Source: Octopus sinensis (taxonomy: Eukaryota). From it: 64,000 bases of DNA. The stretch is from the NCBI RefSeq assembly GCF_006345805.1, contig NW_021833011.1, forward strand, positions 1 through 64,000. Direction: 5' to 3'. The position numbers and the translations under genes were made by a program. A model generated the notes under the pieces. The model was not told the DNA's origin, made no database searches, and saw nothing but the letters and a program-made list of their open reading frames with translations. Shown in pieces: positions 51,156-63,416 of this stretch. Position 1 is the stretch's first letter; the number at the start of each line of letters is the position of its first letter.

Positions 51156-51820
51156 TTAAAAATCGAATTGGGGAATCCGAGTGCATGCACTAGTATATAT
51201 AGGGTGGTGGTGTTGGTGGAAGAGGAGGAAGTCTTGGCGAGGCGAGTGGTAATCGAAAAAGAGAGAGACACACAGTCAGAGTGAGAGCGAGACAAAGACA
51301 GAGAGAGAGGGTGGGTAGAGATGTTCAGAACACGAGGTAGAAAAATATTCTTTTGGGATTTGTGTGGCATAGTTAATTTAACGAGACAGCAAATGTTGAT
51401 AAGAGTAAAATAGAATTGAAGAATCTGAGAGCCAGTCTAAGACAAAATTAGAGAAATAAAGTGACTGTGTGATAGACTTTCATAGATGAATGAATGAATA
51501 TGTTGCGGTTAAGGAATTGCTTGAGCTAAGGTTATATTAAAGGCAAAAACAGGGAAGACGAAACTATTGAAACTATATTTACATGTCTACATGGTAATGA
51601 AATAGGTAGAATAATGAAAAGAACTAACAAGGGGTTTATGATTTGTGCAGAAATAGAAGAGTAAGTGACGAGGTTGAAAAGACAAAACTTCTTATCTGAG
51701 CATCTTCTGAGATTCATATTTTTTCGCTGAGGTATTGAAATAATATATTAATATATTACACATATTAACACATATTAACATGTATTAAACAGGAACATAA
51801 GAATGCAAATATCTTTGCAG

Positions 51821-52069
51821 GTGGGTTTGGAATTCAAGCTGAATCTAACAGAATTATGAAAGAAAGAAAGAGTGAACTGACACCTGGAGAAGTAGTGTCA
51901 ACTAAAGCTGGTAAACTCAAATGCAAGGCTATCCTTCATGTTGTTGGACCCGTTTGGAATGATGGACAAACTGAGGAAATTTTTCACCTTTCAAGAGCTG
52001 TTCGAAATTGTTTGGCAGGTCTTGAAGAAATGTCTTATACATCAATTGCAATTCCTGCCATCAGTACAG
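51821..52069 (+). CDS. Macrodomain exon of PARP14/PARP9/PARP15-like gene
   Basis: TTTGCAG| acceptor, |GTAAG donor; 249 nt, phase 1-1; GGFGIQAES..PGEVVSTKAGKLKCKAILHVVGPVW..LSRAVRNCL..YTSIAIPAISTG. Confidence 0.92.
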
Positions 52070-52229
52070 GTAAGAATTTACCATTTTGTTTCTGTTCAAA
52101 TTAATTGGCACAGAAAGAGTAATTACACTATTTAGTGTATAGCAAGGCAACTATCCTGTCCCTCTCTCATGCTCTAACCTCTCCTCTGGCATCCATCCAC
52201 TTCCCTTGGTTTCACTCTCCGTCTCAACT

Positions 52230-52459
52230 AAAAGTCTTTGTCTTACAAGTAACTTGGCAACCCCACTTTTTACGTGGCACCAGCTCCTGTGACGGTGTCC
52301 CAGAAAAAGCACCCAGTGCATTCTCTAAAGTGGTTGGCATTCTGGAAAGGAAGGGAATCCAGCCATAGAAACTATACCAAAAGAGAAAATTGGTACTTGG
52401 ACAGCTCTCCGGCCTTGCCAGCATCAAAAACAGAGGTGAAATGATGACAATGATGATAT

Positions 52460-52490
<31 letters not shown>

Positions 52491-52650
52491 AGAAGATGTG
52501 GTTGGTTATGGTTAAAAGGTTGATGTTCCACATGATTTCTGGTTCAGTTCCCTGGCAAGGTATTTTGGGCAAGTCATTCATTATAGACCTGGGTTTGGCC
52601 CAAACCTTCCAGTGGATTTGGTGGACGGGAATTGAAAAGAGGCCTGTTGT
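52230..52650 (+). repeat. RTE-type tail fragment followed by SINE head
   Basis: AAAGTGGTTGGCATT..(GAT) end, then head like 1790-1935. Confidence 0.55.
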
Positions 52651-53369
52651 GGCACAGCTGACATTCTAGAAGAACAGTATTTGTTGTTGTTGTGTGAGTG
52701 TGTGGCAGTCCTAGCACCTAAGCAGACGAGTCTTGTCTGCCAACATATATGAGTGCTTTTATGCACCAGACATCCATATGAGACATCCTCTCATGGTAAA
52801 TAACGCAGTATTGGTGCTCAAACACAACATCCACATTTAGTTGGATATAAAAATTGCCTGTTGGTATTACTATTGCTTCTGTTGCTGTTAATTACCTTTT
52901 TCATAGACTTGCTGGCTATTTGCAAAATCAGTGCCTTAACAGATACTGAAATTCTATATATGGTCAAAAGATTTGGCTGTTATGTCACAACTAGATGTCT
53001 CCTACTGAAGAATCCAGGCAAGATGAAATAATGTCATCTAGCAGTAATAGTGATTATAGCAGATGGTTCTCGTCTCTTAAAAATATAAATATGAGTAATT
53101 TTATGCACCCAAGGCCCTGTGGGAGGTCCTTTTGAGGCAAATAATGGAGTACTCTCTGTTCTAACATGACCTCTACATTAAGTTGGAAGTAAAGTTTGCA
53201 TATGTATATATTATGGCGGTTTTCGGTTTTAAACCTTAAGCTTTCTCTTAGGTTCTATTATTTATTTTGGCTTTTCTCTGAGTAAGGGAGAATATAATGA
53301 TTCAACGTCACTTATACTCAAGTGTTATCATTATACCTAAAACCCTAATGCTTGCAGGTGATGAAAAAT

Positions 53370-53790
53370 CCTATCGGTGCCAAACTTTAGACCTTGGATG
53401 CATCCACGTTGTTGTGTGATCTCCTTTGTGCATAAAGTGAGTGCCTGCGATGTAAAGTCCATGTTTATCGCAAAGCTCCAGCAGCATGAGACCATTGCTA
53501 TTCATTTTCCCTACTCCAAAATGCTCTAGAGAGTTCCATGTTTGCCGGTCTGTTCCAACCCTGGCTTTGAAATCTCCCAATAGAATGACTCAGAATTGAG
53601 GATTTTCCTAAGTATGGCTCTCAGCTGGGTATAAAAAATAGCTTTATCTTCATTGCAACTAGTCAAAGCGAGTGCTTAGGCACTTACTAGAGTAGCAAAC
53701 CACCCACCTTTCAGGTGCAATCTTACAGTCATTAGACGTTCGTTTATAGGAACAGGAAGCACTCCAACTTCTTCAGGATATCAGATCGAA
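53370..53790 (-). mobile_element. RTE LINE apurinic endonuclease fragment
   Basis: GDFKARVG..GKMNSNGLMLLELC..TWMHPRSKVWH. Confidence 0.8.
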
Positions 53791-53846
53791 CTGATATACC
53801 GATGATTAAATAAGGTGCAAAATGATAAATAAAATGTATATATTTG

Positions 53847-53964
53847 GTAGAATGACGACACATGTTTCGTGGTTATATTTAAGAAATGATTATAGTAAAA
53901 ATAGTATTAGTAGTAAAATCATTTCAATATAAATATAGCCACTCATCAGGTTAAAAATAACTAC
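53847..53964 (-). ncRNA. Type I hammerhead ribozyme motif with long helix II; predicted cleavage after GUC (53857/53856)
   Basis: CUGAUGA (53949-53943), G10.1-C11.1 opening a 13-bp plus 12-bp helix II, GAAA (53868-53865), helix III AC-AUGU-GU, GUC triplet; helix I weak. Confidence 0.7.
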
Positions 53965-54032
53965 AATAATAAAATAATTAATTAATATATATACGTAAAG
54001 AATCTTTTAAAATAGAAATATATTCTTTAAAA

Positions 54033-54063
<31 letters not shown>

Positions 54064-54084
54064 ATATATATATATATATGTATG

Positions 54085-57000
54085 TTGGGTGGGAATCTGG
54101 TATCTTCACTGGGGTACATGGTAGCCATAGTATTGGCACCCGAAACAATGAGGGGACTAGGCCACTGGAATTCTGTGATGCATGTAACCTTTTAATCTGC
54201 AACTCTAACTTCAGGAAGCCAGACAGCCACCTTACAACCTATCAATGAGGAAACTCTGTAAGCCAGATTGATTTCATCCTCACCAGACAGCGGGACGCAT
54301 GGTTGCTCTTCAATACAAAGACCCTCCCGGGTGAAGAATGTACTCCCTAGCATATTAGTGACTTTAGGCTTGAGGCCAGAAGGATACCTAGAAGCAGACC
54401 AATCCAGAAAAAAAGAATATGGAAGCTAAAGAAGCCTTCACATGGTCAAAGATTTAGGGACATTCTCATCAAGAAATTTGATGACAGGGAGGAGGAGTTA
54501 CAGATGTCGGACATAGAAGGTAGCTTGAAATTCCTATGGGACAGCTTACTGAGTGCCACAGACCAAGTCTGTGGATGGTGCAAAGTCTCTTCCAGGCCCA
54601 GAATTACATGGTGGTGGAATAGAACAGTAGACAAAGCCATTAGAGCAAAGAAACAGGCCTGGAAAGCCTTGAAGGATGGTGGTAGCAAGGAACAGTAACA
54701 TGTAGCCAGAAAGGAGGCTGGGTGGCAGGTATACATAGCCAAGAGTGAAGCAGAAAAGAAGAAGTTTGCCAATGTCCAGAGACATGAGGACCAAAGAACT
54801 GAGGTATTTCGGATTGCAAGACAGTGTGTGAGAGAAAATTGTGATGCCACAGGAGAGAAATGTGTTCGAATGGATGATGGTGCACTTGCTTTTAGTGATT
54901 CTGAAAAGAAAGAGGCTTGGAAAAGCCATTATGAAAGACTGCCGAATGTGGAGAATGAATCGGAGGAGAAGAGACTTCCAAATGTTGACCCAGAAGAGGG
55001 ACCAACTATCCAAATCGACAGCTCCCTAGTAGTTAAAGCAATTAAGGATATGAAGCTAGGAAAAACCCCTGGGCCATCAGGAATCACTGCTGAGATGCTT
55101 AAAGCATCTGGTGGTGTGGGGTATGGCTTAGTCACCTGCATTGTAAACCAGGTAGTACATAACGGAGCTATACCCAATGACTAGCGTAGCAGCACCATAT
55201 AGTCAACTGCTACAAGAGTAAAGGTGACGCTCTAGATAGAAATAACTACAGGGATATTAAACTGTTGGATCAGGTGATGAAGGTCACAGAGAGGGTCATA
55301 ACCCATCTCATTAGGGAGAGAATTTGCTTAGATGAGATGCAGTTCGGTTTTGTGCCGGGTAGAAGCACCACTGATGCTATATTCCTGGTCCGACAACTGC
55401 AGGAGAAGTACCTAGCTAAAGATAAACCCCTCTACATAGCTTTTGTGGACTTGGAGAAAGCCTTTGACAGGTTCCCCTGATCCCTTATCTGGTGGTCTAT
55501 GTGGAAACTGGAGATTGACAAATGGCTAATAAGGGCTGTACAGGCCCTATACAGAGAGGCTGTCAGCAAGGTTAGGATTGGCAACGAATATAGTGAAGAA
55601 TTCCGGGTAGAAGTAGGTGTACACCAAGGCTCAGCCCTCAGTCCCCTTTTATTCATCATAGTCCTCCAGGCAACAACAGAGGAATTCAAAACAGGTTGTC
55701 CCTGGGAGCTCCTCTATGCTGATGACCTGGCTCTCATATCAGAATCACTACCAAAACTAGAAAAGAAATTTTGGGTGTGGAAACAAGGGTTAGAATCAAA
55801 GGGCCTTAGAGTAAATGTAGCAAAGACCAAAGTTATAGTAAGCAGAAAGGCGAACTCAGCACACACCCCATCGGGCAAGTGGCCCCGCTCAATCTGTAGG
55901 AAAAGTGTATGTAGAAACTCCATAAGATGCACCCAATGTAAGCTATGGACGCATAAGAGGTGCAGCAACATCAAGGGAAATTAACTGATAAGATAGTTTT
56001 CATGTGTGGCAGATGCACAGGGACAATAGACACCACAAATACTCAGAAAACAGATTCCATCACACTCCAGGGGGAGAAACTAGAAGTAGTTGATAGTTTC
56101 CGCTACCTAGGTGACCAAGTTAGTAGTGGAGGTGGATGCTAAGAGAGTGTCACCACTAGAATACGAATAGCCTGGGCAAGTTCAGAAAGCTCCTACCCCT
56201 ACTGGCGACAAAGGGTCTCTCACTCAGAGTGAAAGGTAGATTGTATGATGCATGTGTGCGAACTGCCATGCTTCACGGTAGTGAAACATGGGTCGTGACT
56301 GCAGAGGACATGCGTAGACTTGAAAGAAATGAAGCTAGCATGATCCGCTGGATGTGTAATGTCAGTGTTAATACACGACAGAGTGTAAGCACCCTGAGAG
56401 AACTGCTAGACATAAGAAGCATCAGATGTGGTGTGCAAGAGCGACGCTTGCGATGGTATGGTCATGTACTGCGGATGGATGAGGAGAGATGTGTGAAGAA
56501 GTGCCGCTCCCAAACAGTTGAAGGAATCAGGGGGAGAGGTAGACCCAGGAAGACATGGGATGAGGTAGTCAAGCATGACCTCAGAGCGTTGGGCTTCACT
56601 GAGGCAATGGCGAAGGACCGAGATCTCAGGAGATGTGCTGTGACTGCAAAGACCCGGGATGCTTCCGGCACCAGTTCCAATAGCCCCTGGCCATTGAAAG
56701 TACCATGGGTCCCAGACCATCTCGCTGTGCTTGAGGAGACCTGTTGAGTCAAGTGCATGTACATGAACATCGAAACAAATATCAATGGAAATAGTAGTTG
56801 TGATACCTGTGCCGGTGGCACATAAAAAGCACCATCCGAATGTGGCCGTTACCAGCGCCGCCTCGACTGGCTTCTGTGCCGGTGGCACATAAAAAGCACC
56901 ATCCGAACGTGGCCGATGCCAGCGCTGCCTTGGCTGGCTTCCGTGCCGGTGGCACATTAAAAGCACCAACCGATCGTGGCCGATGCCAGACCCCCCGCTG

Positions 57001-57192
57001 GCACCTGTGCAGGTGGCATGTAAAGAGCACCCACTACACTCGCAGAGTGGTTGGCGTTAGGAAGGGCATCCAGCTGTAGAAACATTGCCAGATCAGACTG
57101 GAGCCTGGTGCTGCCCCTGGCTTCCCAGACCCCAGTCGAACCGTCCATCCCGTGCTAGTGCGGAAAGCGGACGTTAAACGATGATGATGATA
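54085..57192 (+). mobile_element. 5'-truncated RTE LINE: APE C-terminus, RT, Cys-rich insert, 3' UTR with 4 hairpin cores, (GAT)n
   Basis: QIDFIL, QFGFVPGRSTTDAIF, AFVDLEKAFD, GVHQGSALSPLLF, LYADDL; several stops and frameshifts. Confidence 0.93.
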
Positions 57193-57420
57193 TATATATA
57201 TAATAAATAAATATATATATATATATAATATATATATACGTATAAATATATATACGTATAAATATATATATATGTATAAATATATATATACGTATAAATA
57301 TATATACGTATAAATATATATATATGTATAAATATATATATATATATATGTATAAATATATATATATATGTATAAATATAAAAATATATATATGTATAAA
57401 TATATATATATGTATAAATA

Positions 57421-57958
57421 TCATCATCATCATCATCATCGTTTAACGTCCACTTTCCATGCTAGCATGGGTTGGACGGTTCAACTGGGGTCTGGCAAGC
57501 TCGAAGGCTGCACCAGGCCAGTCAGATCTGGCAGTGTTTCTACAGCTGGATGCTCTTCCTAACGCCAACCACTCCGAGAGTGTAGTGGGTGATTTTATGT
57601 GCCACCGACACAGGTGCCAGGCGAGGCTGGCAGACGGCCACGCTCGGATGGTGTTTTTACGTGCCAGACGAGGCTGGCGAACGGCCACGCTCGGATGGTG
57701 TTTGTTACGTGCCCTCAGCACGGAGGCCAGTCGATGCGGTACTGGCTACGGTCACGCTCGGATTGTTTTCTTATGTGCCACCGGCACTGGTACCACACGG
57801 ATACAAATTCCATTGATGTTCATCTATTTTGATTTGGTTTGATTTGATTTGATTGATTTTCACTTGCCTCAACAGGTCTTCACAAGTGTCACAAGAAGGA
57901 AGGTATGCACAGGTGGACTGACTACGTGCCAGGTAGGGGCCATGGGTTATGGCTTCAC
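57421..57958 (-). mobile_element. RTE LINE 3' tail, tail-to-tail with the previous element
   Basis: (ATC)n start; apparent target duplication ATATGTATAAATA at 57408-57420 and 57959-57971 (ambiguous inside minisatellite). Confidence 0.8.
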
Positions 57959-58019
57959 ATATGTATAAATATATATATATGTATAAATATATATATATGT
58001 ATATAAATACATATATTGG

Positions 58020-59385
58020 GCCGAAAGTAACCAGAGATATACAGCCTAAAGAAAGCACCCGAAATCTCTCCAATCTGAACTTCCACAAAGCAGATTGGAA
58101 ATCGATCCAAAAAGAGATCCTCAGAGAGGACTGGCCGGAATGTCTCTCCACACCAGACATTGAATGAAACTAGAATGTTGTTTCATGTCTTCTGTGCAAG
58201 CCGTATGCCAGAAATATGTCCCAGAGCACAAGGCCAAAACAAATAGGAGCAAGATTCCAAGAGACAGGAAGATCCTCATGAGATGACGGATGAAGGTTGA
58301 AAATTGTCTCAACCAACATCCCAAAAGTAGCGAAACGTCTCGCCTAAAAACAACACTGATGGAGATCGAAAAAAGGCTACAACAATCCTATGTGAAGGAG
58401 AAAGCAGACAAAGAAGCCTGGGTTATAAAAAACATTAAATCAAACCCAAAGCCCTTCTTTCATTACGCGAAAGAAACAGTCTCAGTGCACTACAAGATAG
58501 GACCCCTCCTCCAAAAGGATGGCTCCCTCACAGACAGTCCAACTATGATCAGTGAGATGCTGAATGACCAGTTCAAAAGTGTCTTTACCACCCCGCTGGA
58601 ACACAGACAAGTGAACGAACCAGTGGACTTCTTTGCCGCCTCACCTATAAATAGCGAGGCGGTTACAATAGAATGTATTGACATTAGCGAAAAAGATGTC
58701 CTACTAGCCATAGATGAAGTGGACACAAACTCAGCTGCTGGTCCAGACGGTTTCCCAGCCATCCTCCTCAAAGTGTGTAAGCATGCCCTGGCAAAACCCC
58801 TCAAGATTCTCTTCCAGAGCTTTCTTACAAATGGCAAACTGCCAAGCAAGCTGAAGGAGGGAATAATATGCCCAATACATAAAAGGGGAAGTAGAACAGA
58901 TGCCAAAAACTATAGGCCTATCTCTCTGACTTCACACATCAGCAAAGTCATGGAAAGGATAATCAGAGGGAAACTATTCACATTCCTTGAAAAAATAACT
59001 TGCTAAGTGATACCCAACATGGTTTGCGACCAGGTAGGAGCTGCCTGACCCAGCTCTTACAACATTATGATGAGGTGTTGAGGCAGTTACTAACAGATCA
59101 AATGGGGACATAATATACCTTGATTTTGCAAAAGCTTTTGCCAAGGTGGATCATGGTATGATATGCCACAAACTGTGTGACTTCGGCATAGCTGGAAAAC
59201 TTGGAGAGTGGTTACATGACTTCCTGAAAGATAGGAGTCAGGCAGTAGTGGCTAATGGAGCCACCTCTATGAACACACAAATAGTGAGCGGTTTTCCACA
59301 GGGCACTGTCTTGGGACCACTGCATTTTATAGTGGCCCTCTCAGTTATGCCCTCAAATGCCCGGATAGCCACTCTGGCAATCAGA
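58020..59385 (+). mobile_element. CR1-clade LINE fragment (linker plus RT domains)
   Basis: NPKPFFHY, AAGPDGFP, PIHKRGSR..NYRPISLTS, QHG.RPGRSC, IYLDFAKAF.KVDH, SGFPQGTVLGPL. Confidence 0.9.
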
Positions 59386-59389
59386 CCTT

Positions 59390-59650
59390 AAGCTTCAGAC
59401 ACTGGGATAAAAGGAAAACAACCAATTAATCCAGTTATATATGGTCCTTAAAAGAAAAAGGTGTCAGTTAGAAGATCCACTGGAAGATCTTGGCCAAATG
59501 TAAGCCTTACACTAATGGCAGTGGAAAGTGCAGTCTTTGCGATATGGAAAGATGGCTCGTTTGGAAAAGTTCTTTAGACCCTACTACATGTCTAAATTCA
59601 AGAACTGAACTTTTTGGGTCATGTCCAAATATAGCGAAACATTTGTTATG
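59390..59650 (+). mobile_element. Penelope-like element GIY-YIG C-terminal fragment (lineage 1)
   Basis: SSYIWSLKEK..WKILAKCKPY..KCSLC.ME..LNSRTELFGSCP. Confidence 0.7.
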
Positions 59651-59839
59651 TTTTTGCCCCCCGTCCCCCCAGAGCACAGATAGATCCTGCTTTTTATATT
59701 ATGTCCACATGCAAGCGTTTCATGTCTTCCCATTTCTTATATTTTATTCCTTTATATATTTTTTCTGTATATTATTTTTCACTCTTTATATTGGAATATG
59801 TGTGTGTATGCATGTTTTATATGTATTATGTTTATATGT

Positions 59840-59894
<55 letters not shown>

Positions 59895-59934
59895 GGTGTG
59901 GTGTGTGTGTGTGTGTGTTTGTATGTATATGTAC

Positions 59935-61600
59935 ACGCATGTGTCAGTATGTATATGGGAACAATGTGCACCTATTTGTTGGAACTTTGAGGCCCAAATA
60001 TTCTCAAGATGCACTGGTCCCACTCCTGAACTATCATCATCATCATATGGTCGATATTTTGATGACTGTATTGGTGCACTCTACCACGAATACCTAGACG
60101 CCTTCCTCTCTTTTGTCAATCTTCCCATCCTGCCCCCCACTTCTCCTGCACTATTTCCACGGTCAGCATTCATCACACCACTCTCAGCACCTCCAATATA
60201 AACATAGACTCACACTCATACCTCAACTTCTCCTCCTCCCACCCTAAACCACCAAGCTCTCCATCCCCTATTCTCAATTCCTTCATCTACACAGGCTCTG
60301 CAGTGACGACCATGAGTTTGAGACTGAGTCTCAACTCATGGCTTGCCACTTCTTCCTACGTAGATATCCGCTCACCACTATCCACACTGCCCTTGCCAGA
60401 CCACGTTTGGTGGACTGTGCGTCTAGTCTCTCCCCCGCCGTCTCCTGTTTACCTCACCTTCCACCCCACCACTCTATCCAACACACCATTCTACGAGCCT
60501 TCTGGCGACTCCAGTCTGACCCCTACCCATTGCACATCTTCCTTAATGGACCTCTCCCTCCTTCAAAAGAACCCACAACCTACGTGACTTCTTGGTCCAC
60601 AGCCCTAACCCAACCCGGCCCATTCTCCGGCTCCTTCCCACACGGCTGCACTTGCCCTTACCTCTCTAACATCCCCGCCCCACAGGCATCCATCATCAAC
60701 CCTAATATATCACTGACTCTTCACCTGCACTTTTAGCAACATCATCTACTGCATCTCTGCTCTCTTTGTCCTTCTCTGTACATCAGTCAAATGGGAAGCC
60801 GCTTGGCTGACCAGTTCACGGAACACCTCCGAGACATCAGACTGGCAACGACACCCCAGTCTCATGCCATTTCTGCTCTACCAGTCATTCTTTACAGCAC
60901 CTGTCTGTGTTCAGAATGTCGTTGCACAGGGCCATCCAGGCTTCCGTTTTCCTGTGAACAGGGATTAACCTTCTCTCTTCGCTCCTTTGCACCACATGGG
61001 CTCAACTCTCTTTCCCTCTTCATGAAACCCTCCTCTCTTCCTCTCATATCTATTTCCTCCCACGCACCTCTCCTCTTGCTCTGACACCTACTTCCTCTCT
61101 TCTCTCCAACCCACCTTCTCCCTTCGCTGTAACCCCACCCCTACACAATCCAACCCCACCCTCCCTGTTCATCCAATCCCATCCCACTCCCACATACCCC
61201 CTAACACCACATCATACCACCCTGCACACACTAGCACTAACCACTTCCCAGAACCCAGCATCATCCATACATCTACACATGCACACACATGTGTCAAGGT
61301 CACCAACCCTCATCCACATGCACATACACATTCTCACACATATGAGCACATTCGTTTTGGGATCACAACTACTTTATTATTTCCCATTCTTCCTAGCTTT
61401 CCTGTGTGACTCCTCTGTCTAGCATTTGCCATGATAGATCGCTAGTCAACATTTTTTATTTTCTCTTCCTGTTTATTTCTGTGTTTCTTTCTGCGCGTAG
61501 GCTCAAAACGTTAAAGACTTTCTCACTTCCGGAGTGTTAAACTAATACATCTGCTTGTTGTTTACAGATCTGTCTTCATCTTTTATTTTTTGTAAATTCT
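59935..61600 (+). mobile_element. Penelope-like element (lineage 2): RT C-terminus, GIY-YIG, terminal repeat
   Basis: FEAQIFSRCTGPTPEL..YGRYFDDCIG, CTCPY, NIIYCISCSLCPSLYI.QMGSRLADQFTEHLRDI, APHGLN; terminal repeat 61430-61600. Confidence 0.85.
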
Positions 61601-61613
61601 GACTATATATATA

Positions 61614-62259
61614 TGTAACGGATTTAGTTGGGTTGATATTGAAATTGTCAGAGTCAGCAGTTGCGACGATGATTATTTGTTGTTATGACAGCATACTGTA
61701 GGATGTGAAAGATAGACACTGCATGAAGTTTAGAGGAAATGTTTATTTACGTTACGTTAAAATAACTTGCCTCGACGGGCATGTTGTGATAGATCCAAAG
61801 GCATGTGAAGTAAAGTTTGTCTATGTGTCCTCTTCATTGTTAGTAGTAGTAATTACAGAGAGATAGAATGACATTGTAAGGGACAGAATTAGAGCTAGAG
61901 AGAATTGTAGGGTGTTGTCTCACAGTTGCTTTCTCCCTCTGACCAACGTTGGTCAGCCAGACCACGTTGAATCGTCACCAACCGTGACTAACTCCGTTAA
62001 GTCGTCATGACTGTGATGAACTCACTTTTGCTTGGGGTATGCTTGCTTTATAAAGATCCAGAAGGATAGATATATCATTGAGAACAACAGATTCAGTTGG
62101 TGGTCTTGTTATCTCTATTCTAGCTTTTGCTGAAGTAGAAGAGGTTAGAAAGGGTCAAGCGGTGAAGACATTATTTCGGCCTAGCTAAAGGCATCAGAAA
62201 AATGTAAAACTGCTGTCAGAGAAACACCATTGTTCCATCGTGGGAAGAGTTCTGTAATA
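61614..62259 (-). mobile_element. Candidate solo LTR
   Basis: TGTAACGGA left end, degenerate TTCTGTAATA right end; TATA-like at ~62047 and AATAAA at ~61745 in minus order; no convincing TSD. Confidence 0.35.
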
Positions 62260-62584
62260 GTGTTAATTTAAATTTGGCTATGGTGGATCAAATCTACTTC
62301 ATGCATGCAAGATTCACTACATATATATACACACACACACGTGTTCGTGTGTGTGTGCACAACTGTATGTATATATATATATATATATATGTGTGTGTGC
62401 ATATGCAGATTCTGAGAAAAAAGTTTTACTTTCCCTATGCTTATTAGAGTAATTTTCCTTTCTTCAACAGTTTTTTTCATAGCATTTTTGTTTTGTCTTA
62501 ATAACTGATGAGATGCCAGAGCAGATTTAAGCCCTGACATACAGAACTCTGAGTTTTATTATGACAACCAACTAATTGTCACAT

Positions 62585-62624
<40 letters not shown>

Positions 62625-62639
62625 GTGGGTGGGTGGGTG

Positions 62640-62870
62640 TGTGGACTGTGTTAGTACCTGTTTGTCTTTTAATCACATGATATTTGTAAACAAGGATCAC
62701 CATCATACAAGCAGTGTCATCCATTTGCAGTCTACAATGAAAACATGTCTGGCCATGGGGCAATATTAGCTTCCTTGGTGTGGGGTGGTGGTGATAGGAA
62801 TGTCACCTAGACATAGAAAATTTGCCTCAACCAATTCCACCTGAAACATGGAAAAGGAAACATTAAAACG
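62640..62870 (+). repeat. SINE body fragment with RTE-like tail
   Basis: Homologous to 63700-63960 and 48100-48290. Confidence 0.55.
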
Positions 62871-63236
62871 ATTATTATTATTATTATTATTATTGTTATT
62901 ATTATTATTATCATTATTATTATTATTATTTAACTGAAAACAACAAGAAAGAAAAGAAATGTGTTCAACAAGAGAGAAACAAAGTTCTTATTAAATACCA
63001 TTATATATTAATGGGGGCTAAAGACCCCACCCCACCCCACCTCGGTCATGAATGGCCATGGTATTGCACCTAGAAATTTGCCCCCTGTCTATTAAAGAAT
63101 CTTCTAAATGATGGAATTGTATTGTTTCTTGGCATTGCAGCTGATAAATTACTGAAATTATATCACAGGTTAATATATATATTTTGAGTAAGAACAATTG
63201 TTGGATTAAATATGTTGTATACTTTATTTATTACAG

Positions 63237-63416
63237 GTACTTTTGGTATACCCATAGAAGAAGGAACTGAATGTATAGTAACAACTATAAAGATTTATCT
63301 TGATGCTTACTCAAATTCTAAAATAAAACATATTTGTTTGATTGATGAACAGAAGGATGTAATCAGAGCTTTTAGGCATCATCTAGAAACGGTGTTTGGA
63401 ATCAGTAAAAGCAGAG
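63237..63416 (+). CDS. Macrodomain C-terminal exon, next exon after 51821-52069
   Basis: TTACAG| acceptor, |GTAGG donor; 180 nt, phase 1-1; splice gives IPAISTG-TFGIPIEE..IKHICLID, the canonical macrodomain (G/S)TGxFG loop. Confidence 0.9.

Noticed and set aside
62167-62197. Hammerhead-like CUGAUG..AGGCCGAAAUAAUGUC on minus
   Set aside because: A9 and the start of helix II are missing and there is no helix I; at best a decayed relic
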